From the NCBI RefSeq assembly GCF_001194135.2, contig NC_068990.1:43552284-43616283 (forward strand): a stretch of DNA of 64,000 bases, given 5' to 3'. The position numbers and the translations under genes were made by a program. Every line of letters begins with the position of its first letter. Positions within the stretch are counted from its first letter, which is position 1. Below are positions 40,876-53,780 of this stretch, in pieces. The notes under the pieces were generated by a model, which ran no database searches, was not told the DNA's origin, and saw only the letters and a list, made by a program, of their open reading frames with translations. The stretch is from Octopus bimaculoides. Lineage: Eukaryota.

Positions 40876-41676
40876 GTAAGACTTAACAAATATTTTTAAT
40901 AGATGCAAGCATGGCTGTGGTAACGAGTTTACTTCCTAACCATTGTTCTGGGTTTGATTCCACTGCATGGCACCTTGGGCAAATATCTTCTACTATAACC
41001 TCAGGCCAGCCAAAGCTGTGTGTGTCTGTGTTTGTCCCCCATCACTGCTTGACAACTGTTGTAGGTATTTTTGTGTCCCCATAACTTAGCACTTTGGCAA
41101 AAGAGACTGAATAAGTACCAGGTTTTAAAAAATAAGTACTGGGGTCAATTCATCCGACTAAAATGTCGAGGCAGTACCCCAGCATGGCCACAGTCTAATG
41201 ACAGAAATAAATTAAATATATCATAATCTAATAAAGTGCTGGTGTTAAATTGTTTTTAATGTTACTGATAAACTTCTTTTTTTTTTTTTTTTTTTCTTAA
41301 CTCAGTGAATACTTTGATGTGTGGCCTACAATAAACATGAACTGACCTGATATATCTATCAATCTCTTATTCTGTTCCAGTGTATCAAACCTATTTGATG
41401 GGTTTGCAGTGAAACCCATCTGATGGTGATGCCCCCTGCATCATCTTTGTTTTTGTCATTCCTTTTTACATACCAGATTTTGTATTAAACTCTGTTCAGT
41501 GTAACTTCTTGTAAGCTTCACCTCTCTAGATCCTAGCTCCCTGCAAAAGCAGAAAATGTGCAGCAACTACATAAGTTTCAATAAGCTTGTCTTTTATCCT
41601 CTGTTTCTTTCAAAATAAATACTTTTCTCTCCTCAAAAGTGTTTCTAAATATTAAAACTATTTTTATCATCTTCAG

Positions 41677-41735
41677 TAATATCCTAAAGCAGTACTATCA
41701 AACCAGTATCACATTCAATTGGAGTTTATTAACAG
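41677..41735 (+). CDS. DCAF15: DCAF15 coding exon
   Basis: catcttcag|TAAT...ACAG|gtaata. Encodes SNILKQYYQTSITFNWSLLTG (human KTYHTSLKVAWDLNTG). Confidence 0.9.
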
Positions 41736-41859
41736 GTAATAACTCTTTATTTTATTTACTAATTTATTCTAAGCAACATTTGGAACACCATCTTATCAAA
41801 TTAGTTTATATTTGGTTTTAACTAAAAACTTATTTTTCCACTTTATTTTTTTTTTTCAG

Positions 41860-41920
41860 GAAACTATTCAACTTTTCACATTGAAGACCTTGTGGAAGTA
41901 GATGAATCTGATCTCTTGAG
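41860..41920 (+). CDS. DCAF15: DCAF15 coding exon
   Basis: poly-T cag|GAAAC...TTGAG|gtaaat. Encodes GNYSTFHIEDLVEVDESDLL (human GIFETVSVGDLTEV). Confidence 0.9.
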
Positions 41921-42080
41921 GTAAATTCTTCAGTATCTTTACAACTTATTGTCTTAAATATTTTATTAAATATCTACTTATTCTTCCACAACCATTTCAT
42001 TCATCCACTTTGAACTACATGTATTTATGTGTGTGTTTTGAAAATTGAGTATCCTCATGTAGATTTTTCTTTGTGTTTAG

Positions 42081-42193
42081 AAAAGAATGGAACCCTGGAA
42101 ATGGTGAAGTTACACGACTGCAGCATGCCTTGGCTGTGCCTCAGTCCTTTTACAAAAGTGTCTATACCTTAACAAATGAGGCTGTCATCAGAG
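42081..42193 (+). CDS. DCAF15: DCAF15 coding exon
   Basis: gtgtttag|AAAAG...AGAG|gtaagt. Encodes KEWNPGNGEVTRLQHALAVPQSFYKSVYTLTNEAVIRG (human [22 protein letters not shown]). Confidence 0.92.
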
Positions 42194-42610
42194 GTAAGTA
42201 CATATTACATATCCATTAATCCCCAAACTCTTTCCCTCTGCTTCGGAAGATACACATTTGTGTACAGGTTATAATCAGTTTCTATTGTCTTCTAATTTGA
42301 CTTTTGTAACATCGGTACCTCAAATTTAGAGGCAAGAGTAACTTAGCACATAATTTACTTTCATTGTTTAATCTTGGAGAGTTAAATAAAAATGTTAATT
42401 GTTAATTTGTCTTCTCATATTCCTTCAAGACATAACCTCCCTTTTGATATTGCTATTATGTTTCTTTATCTCTCCTCTCTTACAACATTACTAATATGAT
42501 AGACAATTCAGAATTTCAACTGATCTTTACATAAATTCTATTTTATCGTATTTCAGTTCCTTTATTAATTTTTTTAATCTTGTTTGTTTTTTGTTTTTTT
42601 TCCCTCCCAG

Positions 42611-42666
42611 GTAATTCTCTGTCTTTGATCCTGGCTCCTCACCATTTTGTTGCAATAAGCCGATGA
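42611..42666 (+). CDS. DCAF15: DCAF15 terminal coding exon
   Basis: ccctcccag|GTAAT...CGATGA. Encodes GNSLSLILAPHHFVAISR* (human GCSLKVLADSERYTWIVL*). Confidence 0.9.
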
Positions 42667-42769
42667 ATGTGGTTGTGTTGTACATCACTGTGTCTTTCAT
42701 TCCTCAGTTGTTGACCATGCAACATATTTTTTTAAAATAGTGCCTTTGTGAAAACAAGGATATTCCTCC

Positions 42770-42775
42770 AATAAA
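42770..42775 (+). promoter_or_regulatory. Probable DCAF15 polyadenylation signal
   Basis: First AATAAA about 100 nt after the stop, with U-rich sequence further downstream. Confidence 0.55.
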
Positions 42776-43012
42776 GCAAAAAGAAAAAAAAAAGTGTTCT
42801 TTATTCAATGGAGTCTCTTTATTTTTTTTTTTTACATTTTCTTTCTATTAATACTTGAACTTGGGTGTGTGTGTATATAAACAGAATTTGTGAGGAAGAC
42901 TTACCCACTATGAAACTAAAATATAATTATTAATTGTAGTATTGATATTAACCTCTGTTGTTACTCAACATTTAATGTCTTCTCTGATTACTATATATAT
43001 ATATACACATAC

Positions 43013-43150
43013 ACAAGAGGGTGCTGAAAATTTCCTGGCTTTAAGGGTATCGCGAAAGGCTTGGTTGGAGACCCAACCTTCTGAGTTCTTTCACTGATCC
43101 TCCTGTATTTTCATTTATCCAAAGGCAGGAACTTTTCAGCACCATCTCGT
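43013..43150 (+). mobile_element. Mariner-derived MITE
   Basis: TIRs acaagagggtgctgaaaatttcctggctt / aaggcaggaacttttcagcaccatctcgt. The interior matches 49648-49670 and 49741-49770 of the mariner. Confidence 0.85.
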
Positions 43151-43835
43151 GCATATAATAATTAATCCTGTAATTCTGTCATCATTTGATAGTGTGCTGT
43201 TTGTTCTAATTGCTCCTTCAGTATGCAAATTTGAGGTATTTGTATTAGGTAAAAGAATTTTCTTTCATAGCTGGGCAACTTCCTCCTACCAATTTTTACA
43301 AAAAGGTACATAATCAACAAAACAGACTGTAACAGGTGATTAAATGTTCGAGATGGATGTTAATAGTATTGGTATTAAGTTTATATGTATACTCCTGGCC
43401 TTTTGATAAGTCTTGCAGCATAGCTTTGTAACAGCTTTTCATTTATATAACCAATATCTGAATCTTCAGACGACCAGGACGATTGTTTGAGGCCCAGTAC
43501 TCTAATGCTAAACTATCAGTAATACACTTTTCTTACTTTGATAACTCGATCTTAGAACCTCTGCCGAATAAATACGAACCCAGAATTATGACCAGATAAG
43601 TTTTGTCTTCTCAACCTCGCTAATACCTTTCAATTTATGTGCTGATTCATAACACCTTACTTAGTGCTTTCACTATTCTGTCTATTTCATTACCATGTCA
43701 AATTCATTCAGTTATTCAAGTTTATCACACAGTCGCTTATTTCTATAATTCTGTCTTAGATTTCTCAATTCTATATTACTATTGTTAACCTATACTACTC
43801 AAATCCGAAAAGAATCTCTCTCTCCCTCGTGTTCT

Positions 43836-43895
43836 GAATGGGAGAAAGAGAGTCTGCCAAATGTCGACCCAACAGAGGTACCAGCTATCCAAATT
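43836..43895 (+). mobile_element. Short internal RTE fragment
   Basis: About 60 bp closely matching 63663-63722 (gaatgggagaaagagag..ctgcc..atgtcgacccaa.agagg.accagctatcc). Confidence 0.75.
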
Positions 43896-44311
43896 AGATA
43901 AAGGGGAGGTGTATGGAATGGATAAGTACATATATCAGCTTTGCAGGCTCATACCACACATGCTCCAGCAGGTAAAAATTTGGTTTCAAAATGCTTGTTG
44001 TACAAAATGTTGATCTACTTTATTTCAAAGAGTTTGCTTACTCTAAAACTTCATTTGAAAGGACAGACGGAAGTTCAGTAGGGGACAAATTGACATAGTA
44101 TTACCCCATTAATCAAAGTAAGAGATTCAAATTTGGGTACAGTTATCATGTAATACCACAAAACGAAGCATCTAACCTGAAGATATTTTTGTTCCAAGCC
44201 ATGCAAATATGAATCCATCCTGTAATGGTATATGTTGGGGACACATGGCTGTTATTTGTAGTCTGCTACATCTTGGAAAAGTTAAAATCAGGGAGCTGTG
44301 ACTTTCAGAGC

Positions 44312-44675
44312 ATCATTATTGTTTAACGTCCGTCCACTTTCCATGCTAGCATGGGTTGGACGATTTGACTGAGGACTGGCAAGCCAGAAGGCTGCACCAC
44401 GCTCCAATCTGATCTGGCAGAGTTTCTACAGCTAAATGCCCTTCCTAACGCCAACCCCTCCGAGAGTGTAGTGGGTGCTTTTACATGCCACCGGCACTGG
44501 CAACGGCTACGCTCAAATGGTGTTTTTTACGTGCCACCTGCATGGGAGCCAGTCCAGCGGCACTGGCAATGACCTCGCTCAAATGATTTTCTAATGTGCC
44601 ACCATCACAAGTGCTAGAAGGCGACTCTGGTAACAATTACGCTCAAATGGTGCTATTTATGGGCCACTAGCGCAT
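44312..44675 (-). mobile_element. RTE 3'-UTR-type repeat with three internal tandem subunits
   Basis: tttaacgtccg...ttccatgctagcatgggttggacg, plus three about 60-bp units sharing tgccacc...ctggcaa...cgctcaaatg. Related pieces at about 5690-5900(-), 6780-6925(+), 20740-21045(+), 22850-23050(-), 34900-35190(-). Confidence 0.75.
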
Positions 44676-47600
44676 TTCCTCCTACAGTCATTCTCTTTAT
44701 TCTTCTCACTAATCACTTCCGTTCTTCCTCAGTACATGACCCTGCCATTTCATCCCATTTTTCTTCACCAGCATCCATTGAAGTTTTGTATATTTGACAA
44801 AAATGAAAAAGACCAAGAAATGCTGACAGAATTTTTACAAGAATTTTATTTGACGAGTGTGTCCCAAATTGTGTACAATTAAATAAGTTACTCAGCATTT
44901 ACTAAACTGAATTTAAAAAAAAAAAAAAAAAACAATAGTAAACCAATTTTTTTTTTTTTATCTTTTACATCAATATAAAAACTTATGTACATCCAGCAGA
45001 AAAGAGGCAACTTCAGCTTTTTAAAAAATTTTTTTTTTCAACTGGTACACAATTTTTACCACCAAAAAATGAATGACGTTTTGGAAAGGGAGGCAAAAGA
45101 ACATTATGTGTATGTGTGTACATGTCTACATGTACACAAAATTGCAATTTCATTTGAGAAAAGACATAGAAAACAAAACAAGTATTTCAACTCAGCTCAA
45201 ATGAAGAATATTGATTTTTTTCTTTTCTTTTTTTGAAGAAGTAAATGATTAACTTTGATTATGAAACTGTTTGTGTGTATATATATATATGGTTTAATAT
45301 TTCACACTTCACTACCAACTTATTGATTCAACTAAACTAAAATCAAGGGTTTCACAGTCTTTCATTTAATTTTTTTAGAACCATCTTTTAATCTAAATAG
45401 GCCCCACACCCTAACTTATTTAACAGTCTTGATTTTCAGAATTGATCTATTATTTCAAAAACGATTATCAGAATTAGGGATTAATTTTCTTTTTTTAAGC
45501 TGAAGTAGTAATATTTTCGCATTTTAATCTAATATTGTGTTTTTTCTATTTAATAATTTTTTAATGCGTTGGAAGACTGATTAATCAGTCAAATCCTGTT
45601 GATATTTCAACTGGGTTTTAATGGATTTCTTCCAGTATCAAATGAGATCAGGAAACGATTTAAATTTCTTTTTCCGCTTTTCATCAGAAATTATAATCCA
45701 GCCCCTCAAAAAAATGTCATATCATTGGTTGTCTTTGGTACAGACATTGCACTATACAACGTACAGATTTCTGTTTATTGTTATATGAAGTTCTCCCACC
45801 CCCACCCAATTTTCTTGATTAATTTAAATTACCAGAAACAAACACCAAATGTGATTCTAATTTAATTGATTCCTTAAAATAAATGACACAAGAGCCATTA
45901 AAAATTTCAAGGGTGAAAAGAGTTGATTGGCTCAACTCCAGTTTTATACATCAGTGGTACTTTTTGTTTTGTTTTAACTTAGACCCCTTCTTCAAAAAGG
46001 TCAGATACAGTACAGTGGAGTGGACCATGGCAGGGTAGTGTGGCAGCAAACCACTTACAAAAAAGCATTTCACTTGCAATGTCCTACATCTGTAAACAAC
46101 ATCAATATATTACTTAGTTACAAGATCAAAGGGCAGGATGAAAGTGTGATGTGATGTTCAAGTTTTTTTGGGTGAAGGCGGATGGGGGCATTAGCAGTGT
46201 CAAAAGATAACAATTCTAACAGATCATCTCCTTAAGAACTTACTCTACAAGGTTTACCATATTCCAAAAGCTAACTGAATACAACATGCCTTAATTCCTT
46301 AATAGTCATTCATTTCATGTAAAACATTGTAGAAGTTAATAAAACATTTTAAAACAACTTAATTTGGGTTATCAAATAATTGATTGATTTCAACAAGGGA
46401 TTTTTGATTTTAGTAATTAAAAGAAAAAATAAATAATCTAATAAGCTGCATTCACTGTTAGAAAAAAAAAAAATGAATTTTTGGCTTCACTTTGCTACAT
46501 TTTTAGCATTAATTTCTCTCTAGACCCTATATGCAGTAAGAAAATTTGTCTCAACATTTAAAAAAAAAATTTACTAACTTCACCCTCAGCTCAAACAATC
46601 CTCAACTCTTTCTCAAAAAATTTTTTTAAGAACCTGAATTGCTAATTTACTCAGCAAATGATCTTTGCTTTCCTATTGGTTAATTTTGGCTGGCAATGAA
46701 CCAATTTCTTCAGATTCCAGGTTTTACTGTAACCATAGAACTTTATATTTCTGAAGCTATAGTAGTTCCACTTTGTACATTTTAGGTCAGTTGTAGAGAA
46801 CACCTTTTGCTGCAAATTGGATTTTCTAAGGAAAGTGGGTATTCTTAGGGTTAACCATTTAATGATCTGTGAACACAAATCATTTAATCACTGTTTAACT
46901 CAAGGTCAGGTCTCACTGAGTAGATCTATGTTCAAAATAATCCAACCATGACTCCAGTTTTTATATATAAGCAACTACATCATCCAGTATTTTTTTTTTC
47001 TGTTAAGGTGGTAGAGATATTGTTTCTCATATTTGGTTCACTAATATTTATCAGACCAGTTTCCATTCCTAGACACTGGTCTAACTAAACTTCCCTACAA
47101 TAATTCCCAGGTCAACTGTTCAAATTAAGGTATATAAATTTTTGTAATACAACAGCAAAATCTCCTTCAATTCATGTCTAAAAAAGCGATAAAATGAAAC
47201 CAACATTAGGTAATCACTGCCAATGGCTGAAGTGTTTTATCATAGGTCTGTACTGGACTAGTTTAACCTATTTAGTTAACCAAATCTCAATATTTGAAGG
47301 TAACTGGAAAACTAGCCTGAAGACACAAAAATGGGAAAGAAAGAATGATTTCTTTACCTTGACATAAGGCCAAGACTTGTAAGTTTTTAGAGTCAGCTGA
47401 ATTATCTCCACTTATTGCATAATTTCTACTTCTAACAAACATTGTAATAAAAAAAAAACAGTTTCTAATTGAAACTAAGGTATTTAAAAGTTGCTGGGTA
47501 GTATTGAGTTATGTCCCTTCGTTTCAGCCACGAGACCATCAACTTCAACAATGAGGCTTTCGATAGACACAAGACTCAGTTTGTAGGAGAATAAGTGATA

Positions 47601-49204
47601 TGTAAAATAGAGATCAAATAACATTCTCAAGAATTTGCAGTGTCAGCAAAATGGCCACAAAGAGAATGCAAAACCAAGTCGCAATTTTGAAGATTAATAA
47701 ATTCCTAATAAGCACAGTTTCATTCAAATAAATAATATTGATTGTTTAATTTCCAGTTTCTAAATAACAACTTACGATGGAAACTGAGTTATTTGTTCTT
47801 GAGATATACGTTTAACTTAATTTAGATGTAATTCTATGAAAGAATATATTTATTTTGTCTTAAAAATCATCTTAGGTTTTGGTAATGCTTACTGAATGAA
47901 AAAAAAAATATATATATATATATACTCTACCAGATAACTGCTGGTATCAAATGCAGATTAATTATCATACATTAAGTTCAGAATGAACTGAAGGCTGCAC
48001 GAGGTTCGACTTCAGTTCAAATCAGAATATTTTAGCTGTCAAAATGGATGCTCTCCCTTGGTAGAAAAATAGAATTTTATATTTTAATTCCATTTCTAGG
48101 ACTGATAAAATGGGAACTTGTGGTGTGTCATCCATTTACTATATTACAGTACATAAAATGAAACATGAAGCATTAAAGCACTTTCTGAAACTGAAATAAT
48201 TATGACCTTTGAAAATAACCTTATATACACCTAAATATAACATTTGATACACTGGAGAAGCAGTTACTGTTTTTACTGTCTGTTCTCACATAATAGTATA
48301 GGTAAGATAATTGTTCCAACAAACTATTATTATAACTAGATTCCTTTTTTATTACTTGACTGTAAAACGTTTGTACATCAAGATATAATATGCCATGCCT
48401 TGTAGCACAATAGCTGTATTAGGTTTGAGCCTTGCACATTGAGGCAGTAGTTCAACACATGTATTTAAGGTAAAAATTTATAAATAATTCTAGTTTCCTT
48501 TTATGTGACAAGGCTACATCAGTAGTATACATACTATGAATGTCAATGTCAGCATGAAAATAATATGTCAGTCACATTTAATACATCTTAAACAAAGCAA
48601 GACTTTAAAATATAGATATTTATATATCCAATAACACAAGCTCAAGTAGCTTCACTTTTATGAGGGAGTATTCAACAGGTGTACAAGTTCTGATTTTAGA
48701 AGATTAAAAGGGAAGTTGCATGAACATCACAAGTGTAACAGCTACACTGACAATTAAAACTTCTTTGTAGACAAGTTGGCAGGAGTCTATACATCACTCA
48801 ACAAATATAAATTTTTCACCAGCACCAAATAAAAAAAATTTTTCAGAAGAAAAAAAAATCTTATTCAAAAGAAAAACAAACATAGTACTTGCCAACATAA
48901 AGTTTGGTTTTTCTTTTTGTTAATGTTAGGGTAGTGTATGGAATAAAGATTGATGAATACAATACAACAAAGACATGACAGAGACTTGTTATTGTCACCT
49001 GATACAGTTGAGATATGGTTTATAAGATGGCTCCAGTACATTTTTAAGATATGGTATGATTCAATATATTTCCAGTTACAAAGAAATATAGTAACATTCA
49101 CAGAAAGGTAGGTATACATTGATCACATCCTACACTGCAAATTCCTGTGATCACTTTCACATGCCTCATATATGTATATGATAGAATAAAAGGATACAAA
49201 GATA

Positions 49205-49801
49205 GACAAACAAGCTTGGCTTCATCATTATGATACCCAGACCAAGCAGCAATCAATGAAATGACACCACATCCCTAGAAGTTTTGGAGTCAGCTAGAAA
49301 GATTCAGGCTTCAGTATCATGGGACAAAAGACAGAATACTCTTCATAAAGGGTCAAAGGGTCACACCATCAATGCAGAATACTACATACCTCTGTTGGAT
49401 GAAGTTTTGAAGCAGAAACCCCATGGTAAGTTGAGCCTTGGTGTCCTGTTTTTGCAGGACAATGCACCAGCACACACACAGCACATGAAACTCTGTGAAA
49501 AATATGCAATTTTGGCATATTATAGATCACCCACCTTACACTCCTGGCTTGGTATCATTTCTTTCTACAACTGAAGAAACACCTAAAGGGAACGAAATTT
49601 CACTCCAATTTGGAAGTGATTGCTGCTACAGAGGTCTGGTTGGAGGCCCAACCTTCCAAATTCTTTTTACCGAAAAACTGAAAGACTATTGCAATAAGTG
49701 TGTAAATCTGAGAGGAGAATATGTTGAGTAAAATCATAATTCACTGATCCTCCTGTATTTTCTTTTACCCAAAGCCAATAACTTCTCAGCACCTCCTCAT
49801 A
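49205..49801 (+). mobile_element. Decayed mariner transposon, 3' half with right TIR
   Basis: WLHHYD, ASVSWD, GHTINAEYY, LFLQDNAPAH, DHPPY and CNKCVNLRGEYVE* motifs; ends aacttctcagcacctcctcata (TIR). Confidence 0.88.
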
Positions 49802-50799
49802 TTTATATTTGACTGGATACCTGTTTGCCGGTCTATCGTTTTGTTATACCAGCTTGATCAATGCAATGTCTATAGCTAATTCTCATTTAAGCAGCTACCA
49901 CATCGCTACATTTAAAGTCAGAGTTAAGGTACAAATTCAACCTGAGACTAATTGTATGCACATTTTACCTTAGGTCATTTGACAATGTATTACCCACAAT
50001 ATGTGTGAATCTTTGTCATTTGAACTGCTCATTATATGTAAATGGCTAGGCATTCCACACACACACAATGTACTTCTCAGGTAGAATCTGTGACAAGGCT
50101 ATATCTGAATTACACATATAATAATCCACCTGACAAGGCTGCTATAGATATTGTTGACCAGAAACATTTGCCCAAGATGGCACACAATAGGATCAGAACT
50201 GGGACCTTGTGGTTGTGAAACAAACCTCTTAACCATTCAACCATACTGTACTTACATATATTCACGCACACAAACACCACAGTTGGGACTGAACCTATTT
50301 AGAAAGAGAAGACTCCAAGGATGTGTTTTTATAGACAAGATACTTAATTGTAGAACATTAGTCCAAAGATATATGACATGCTTTTAATTATTTCAATCAT
50401 TGAACTGTAGCTAAATCAAGGCACCACCTTTGAAGGCTACATCCCTATACTGACTCACAGTATTCTTATACTTGATACTGGGAAAGGCAAATTTGACCCA
50501 AGTTGGAATTAAACTCACAACTTAACCAAACGTCATGGTATTTCATCAAATGCTCATCTGATTCTGTCAATCCACCCCTGGCCCCACACTATCTGATATG
50601 TAGACGATAAAGTTTTGCATTCTAAACGTCCAATGTTTAATTACCCATTAAATGAATACTCTTAATCCTGAACTAATTACCTTATAGATATTTTACTGAT
50701 ACTGGAATGTTTTGTTTATCAATCAAAATAATTTCTAATTCAGTCACAAGGCCAGCAAATTTGGCAGAGAGGTCAGGTCGTCAGACGACACCCTCAACT

Positions 50800-51040
50800 C
50801 CAATGTTGTGAGAGGTTCACAGCTGTATTACAAACATGTTGCAGGAAAGAATTACAAGGCAGATTCTTCAAGTTGAACCAACCTGCAGAAGACCTAGGGA
50901 TAGATTAAGACTGAGATGATTGGATAATATCCATAGTCTCAGTTATTCACACTTGGGAATCCAGCTAGAAAGTCTTATGAAAGTTGCTCCTCCTATGGAG
51001 GAGATACCTGAGGACTATCTCAGGTGGAGAAGATGGAAAA
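50800..51040 (+). mobile_element. Decayed RTE-like 3' fragment
   Basis: PTCRRPRDRLRLR*LDNIHSL resembles the RTE C-terminal RRPRGRPR.RW.D motif. Confidence 0.55.
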
Positions 51041-51564
51041 TGGAATGGATAGAAAAAAATTTTTTCCCATTACTCTTACAATTCTAACAGCTTGCAACTT
51101 GAGATTTAAAATAATATATATCCATTGTTATTTCCTAAACTGTTTATTTTTAACATAATGAAAAATCTATTTGCTACACATTTTGAATATACTCTCAAAT
51201 GCCAACTGAACTCAAGGGAGTGTTTCGTATATTAACTACAAATATGATCTGACAGCATATATGTAATACAGTGACTGCAATCTTGTCAAGTTGAGGCAAG
51301 CAGAGTTACGTACCTTGACTGTGCACCTAAAGTGTATTATTTAATGTGATAGGTGCAGAAAACAAAAGAAAGAATGAGGTGATAACTTGTGAAAAAATAT
51401 TACTCTAGAATAAGAAATATATACACAAAATTCGACAGAAAAATAGGATTCCAAAATAACTATTATATAATTTTTTTTTTTAAACTTTCTTATTTCGTAG
51501 TGTCCCCTAAACAAAAAATTTTAAATATTTCCTTATTTTAACCATTTCCTCATACTTTTTTCTT

Positions 51565-51790
51565 AAAGGGAACAAGTAATGCTTTACAATCCTTCACAGA
51601 GCCTTCAAGTCTGATGGGAAGGAGGAATAGACCTCTCCCAAGTGCTTACAACAAAGTGGACTACACTAAAGACATCCAAGAGTTGAATTAGGTGGTGGGT
51701 TAAATCACCAAACTTGTTACTTTATCAACCCTGGAAGGATGGAAGACATTCTAATAACTTGACTTTCAATTGGGCAATCAGCAATATATA
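51565..51790. repeat. Unclassified dispersed repeat, second copy at 54367-54575
   Basis: About 220 bp of co-linear similarity, including a 35-bp core (51643-51677 vs 54445-54479) with one mismatch. Confidence 0.8.
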
Positions 51791-52741
51791 TATATAGAGA
51801 GAGAGAGAGAAATTCATCTATTTTTTTACTTTTTACAGTCATTTGACTGCAGCCATGCTGGACCACCACTTTTAGTCAAAGAAATCAACCCCAGTACTTA
51901 TTCTATCAGTTCTTTTGCCGTACTGCTAAGTTTCGGGAATGTAAACATACCAACATCAGTTGTCAAACGTTGGTGGATGGGGAGACACAAATACAGACAC
52001 ACACAAACATATATATGATGGACTTCTTTCAGTTTCTGTTTACCAAATCCACTCACAAGGCTTTGGTCAGCCCAAGGCTATAGTAGAAGACACTTGCCCA
52101 AGGTGCCACGCAGTGGTACTGAACCTGAAACCATGTGGTTGGGAAGTAAGCTTCTTATAAATAATCTGGTAGAACTCATAAAAAAAGCTCAATGTATCAT
52201 ACAAAGCATACAGAATATATAGTACAATACAAGAGAAAATGTGATATTAGAATTTTCTTATTGTTAAATAGAATTTCATCAAACTATTTCTTTGTCATTT
52301 ATGACATATCTATAGACATATGTATATTAGTTTACTAAACCCCACTCAAAATCCTAATTATCTTGAAAATTAATTGAAACACAGGCTGTCAACACATTAG
52401 AAATGTAGTTACAAGATAGAGTAAAGCTTTGATTTGCAGCACTATAATTGGAAATGGATTTTTTTTTTTTTTTGTAAGAATTCGACTTCCTTCAATAAAT
52501 AGTCTGTTCTTTATCAGAGCTACACCTGATCACTAAATCAAATAATAATAAAAAAAAATTAAGAAATTGATTATGACTAAAAGTTTCTGTTAAGATTGAT
52601 CATTTTTACAATCTAAAGAAAAGAATTCTAAGTTGAAGGAACTTCTTCCACCATCTGCAAGAGGAAGAATATTTCTCACATAGGTACAAAGGCTAGAAAT
52701 TTAATAGGGCAATGTTAGTCACCACAAGATCCAGTCCTTAT

Positions 52742-53120
52742 TGCGGTGTTGTGGCTTATGAGCCTCAATGACCCTAAGAGCTATGCCAGTTGAGTTCAAG
52801 CTCCTGGTAGAGCCTCACATGCTGGACAAGTCAATTAGAGGCTGAACTTATATAGACTGCCTCTTCCCATAAATAAAAAAGGGCTTGCATAAGTCCAACA
52901 TTCCTATCTAGAAAAAAAATAAAGGTTTCAGAAGCATCAATGACGATTCAAAACTAAGATGTGGGAGAGGAAGGCCCTCCTTCAGGGAAATGAATGATGT
53001 AGTGCAGCAAGATCCAAAATGAAAGTGCAAGGATCCAACTGGAGAGAAGCAGGAAAGACAGCCTAGTGTGAAGCACTGAAGAAAAATGGTCAACAGTCCA
53101 TATTCCAGAGGTAGGAAAGG
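52742..53120 (+). mobile_element. Bipartite non-autonomous RTE-like element (5' UTR-like part joined to ORF 3' end)
   Basis: gtggcttatgagcctcaatgaccctaagagctatgcc...gctcctggtag...catgctggacaagtc resembles recalled RTE 5' UTRs, then CGRGRPS...DVVQQD...NWREA. Confidence 0.5.
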
Positions 53121-53723
53121 GGCTTAAAACAAAACATGGCAACAAGATTAGTCAATACCGTCAACCCCAGTACTTGACAAGTATGTCATCAATCCCCAAG
53201 GGATGAAAAGCAAAATTGACCTTGATGGAATTTGAACTCGGTACAAAGAGCTAGAACAAATACCACAAAGAATTTTGTCTATTGCTCTAACGAGCCAGTT
53301 AGCATTAACTGATAATTTAATTATAAAAGGATGCTGACCACATAATTAAGCAATAAAAAAAACAGGGTTCAGATATAAGCACAGTAGGAAGAAATATTAT
53401 AATCCACCACAAAGCCCAGTCCTTGTTGCAGTGTAATGGCATGTTTTCCGTGACTCTGAAAGCTATGCCACCAGAACAGAAGCTGCTGAAGCAGCTTCCC
53501 ATGCCAGACAGATTAAAGAATAGAAGCTTGACTAATAGGGATAAACCACTTCCCAGAATTTTCATAGAACCAAAACCTTTACCTAGAAAACAAGCAAAGT
53601 TACAAAAGCATCAATGGGAATTCAAAATCAACAAGACCCTTACCTCAAAAAAAAACATACCAACATCAGTTGTCAAACGTTGGTGGGTGGGGAGACACAA
53701 ATACAGACACACACAAACATATG

Positions 53724-53780
<57 letters not shown>

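Noticed and set aside
42601-42620. CAG|GTAATT as a recursive splice site
   Set aside because: The sequence is simply the start of the terminal exon (Gly codon split G|GT) and is required for the conserved C-terminus.
43425-43472. Possible additional minus-strand hammerhead (CTGAAGA...GAAA-AGCTG-TT)
   Set aside because: No convincing stem II and an incomplete stem III palindrome; compatible with chance.
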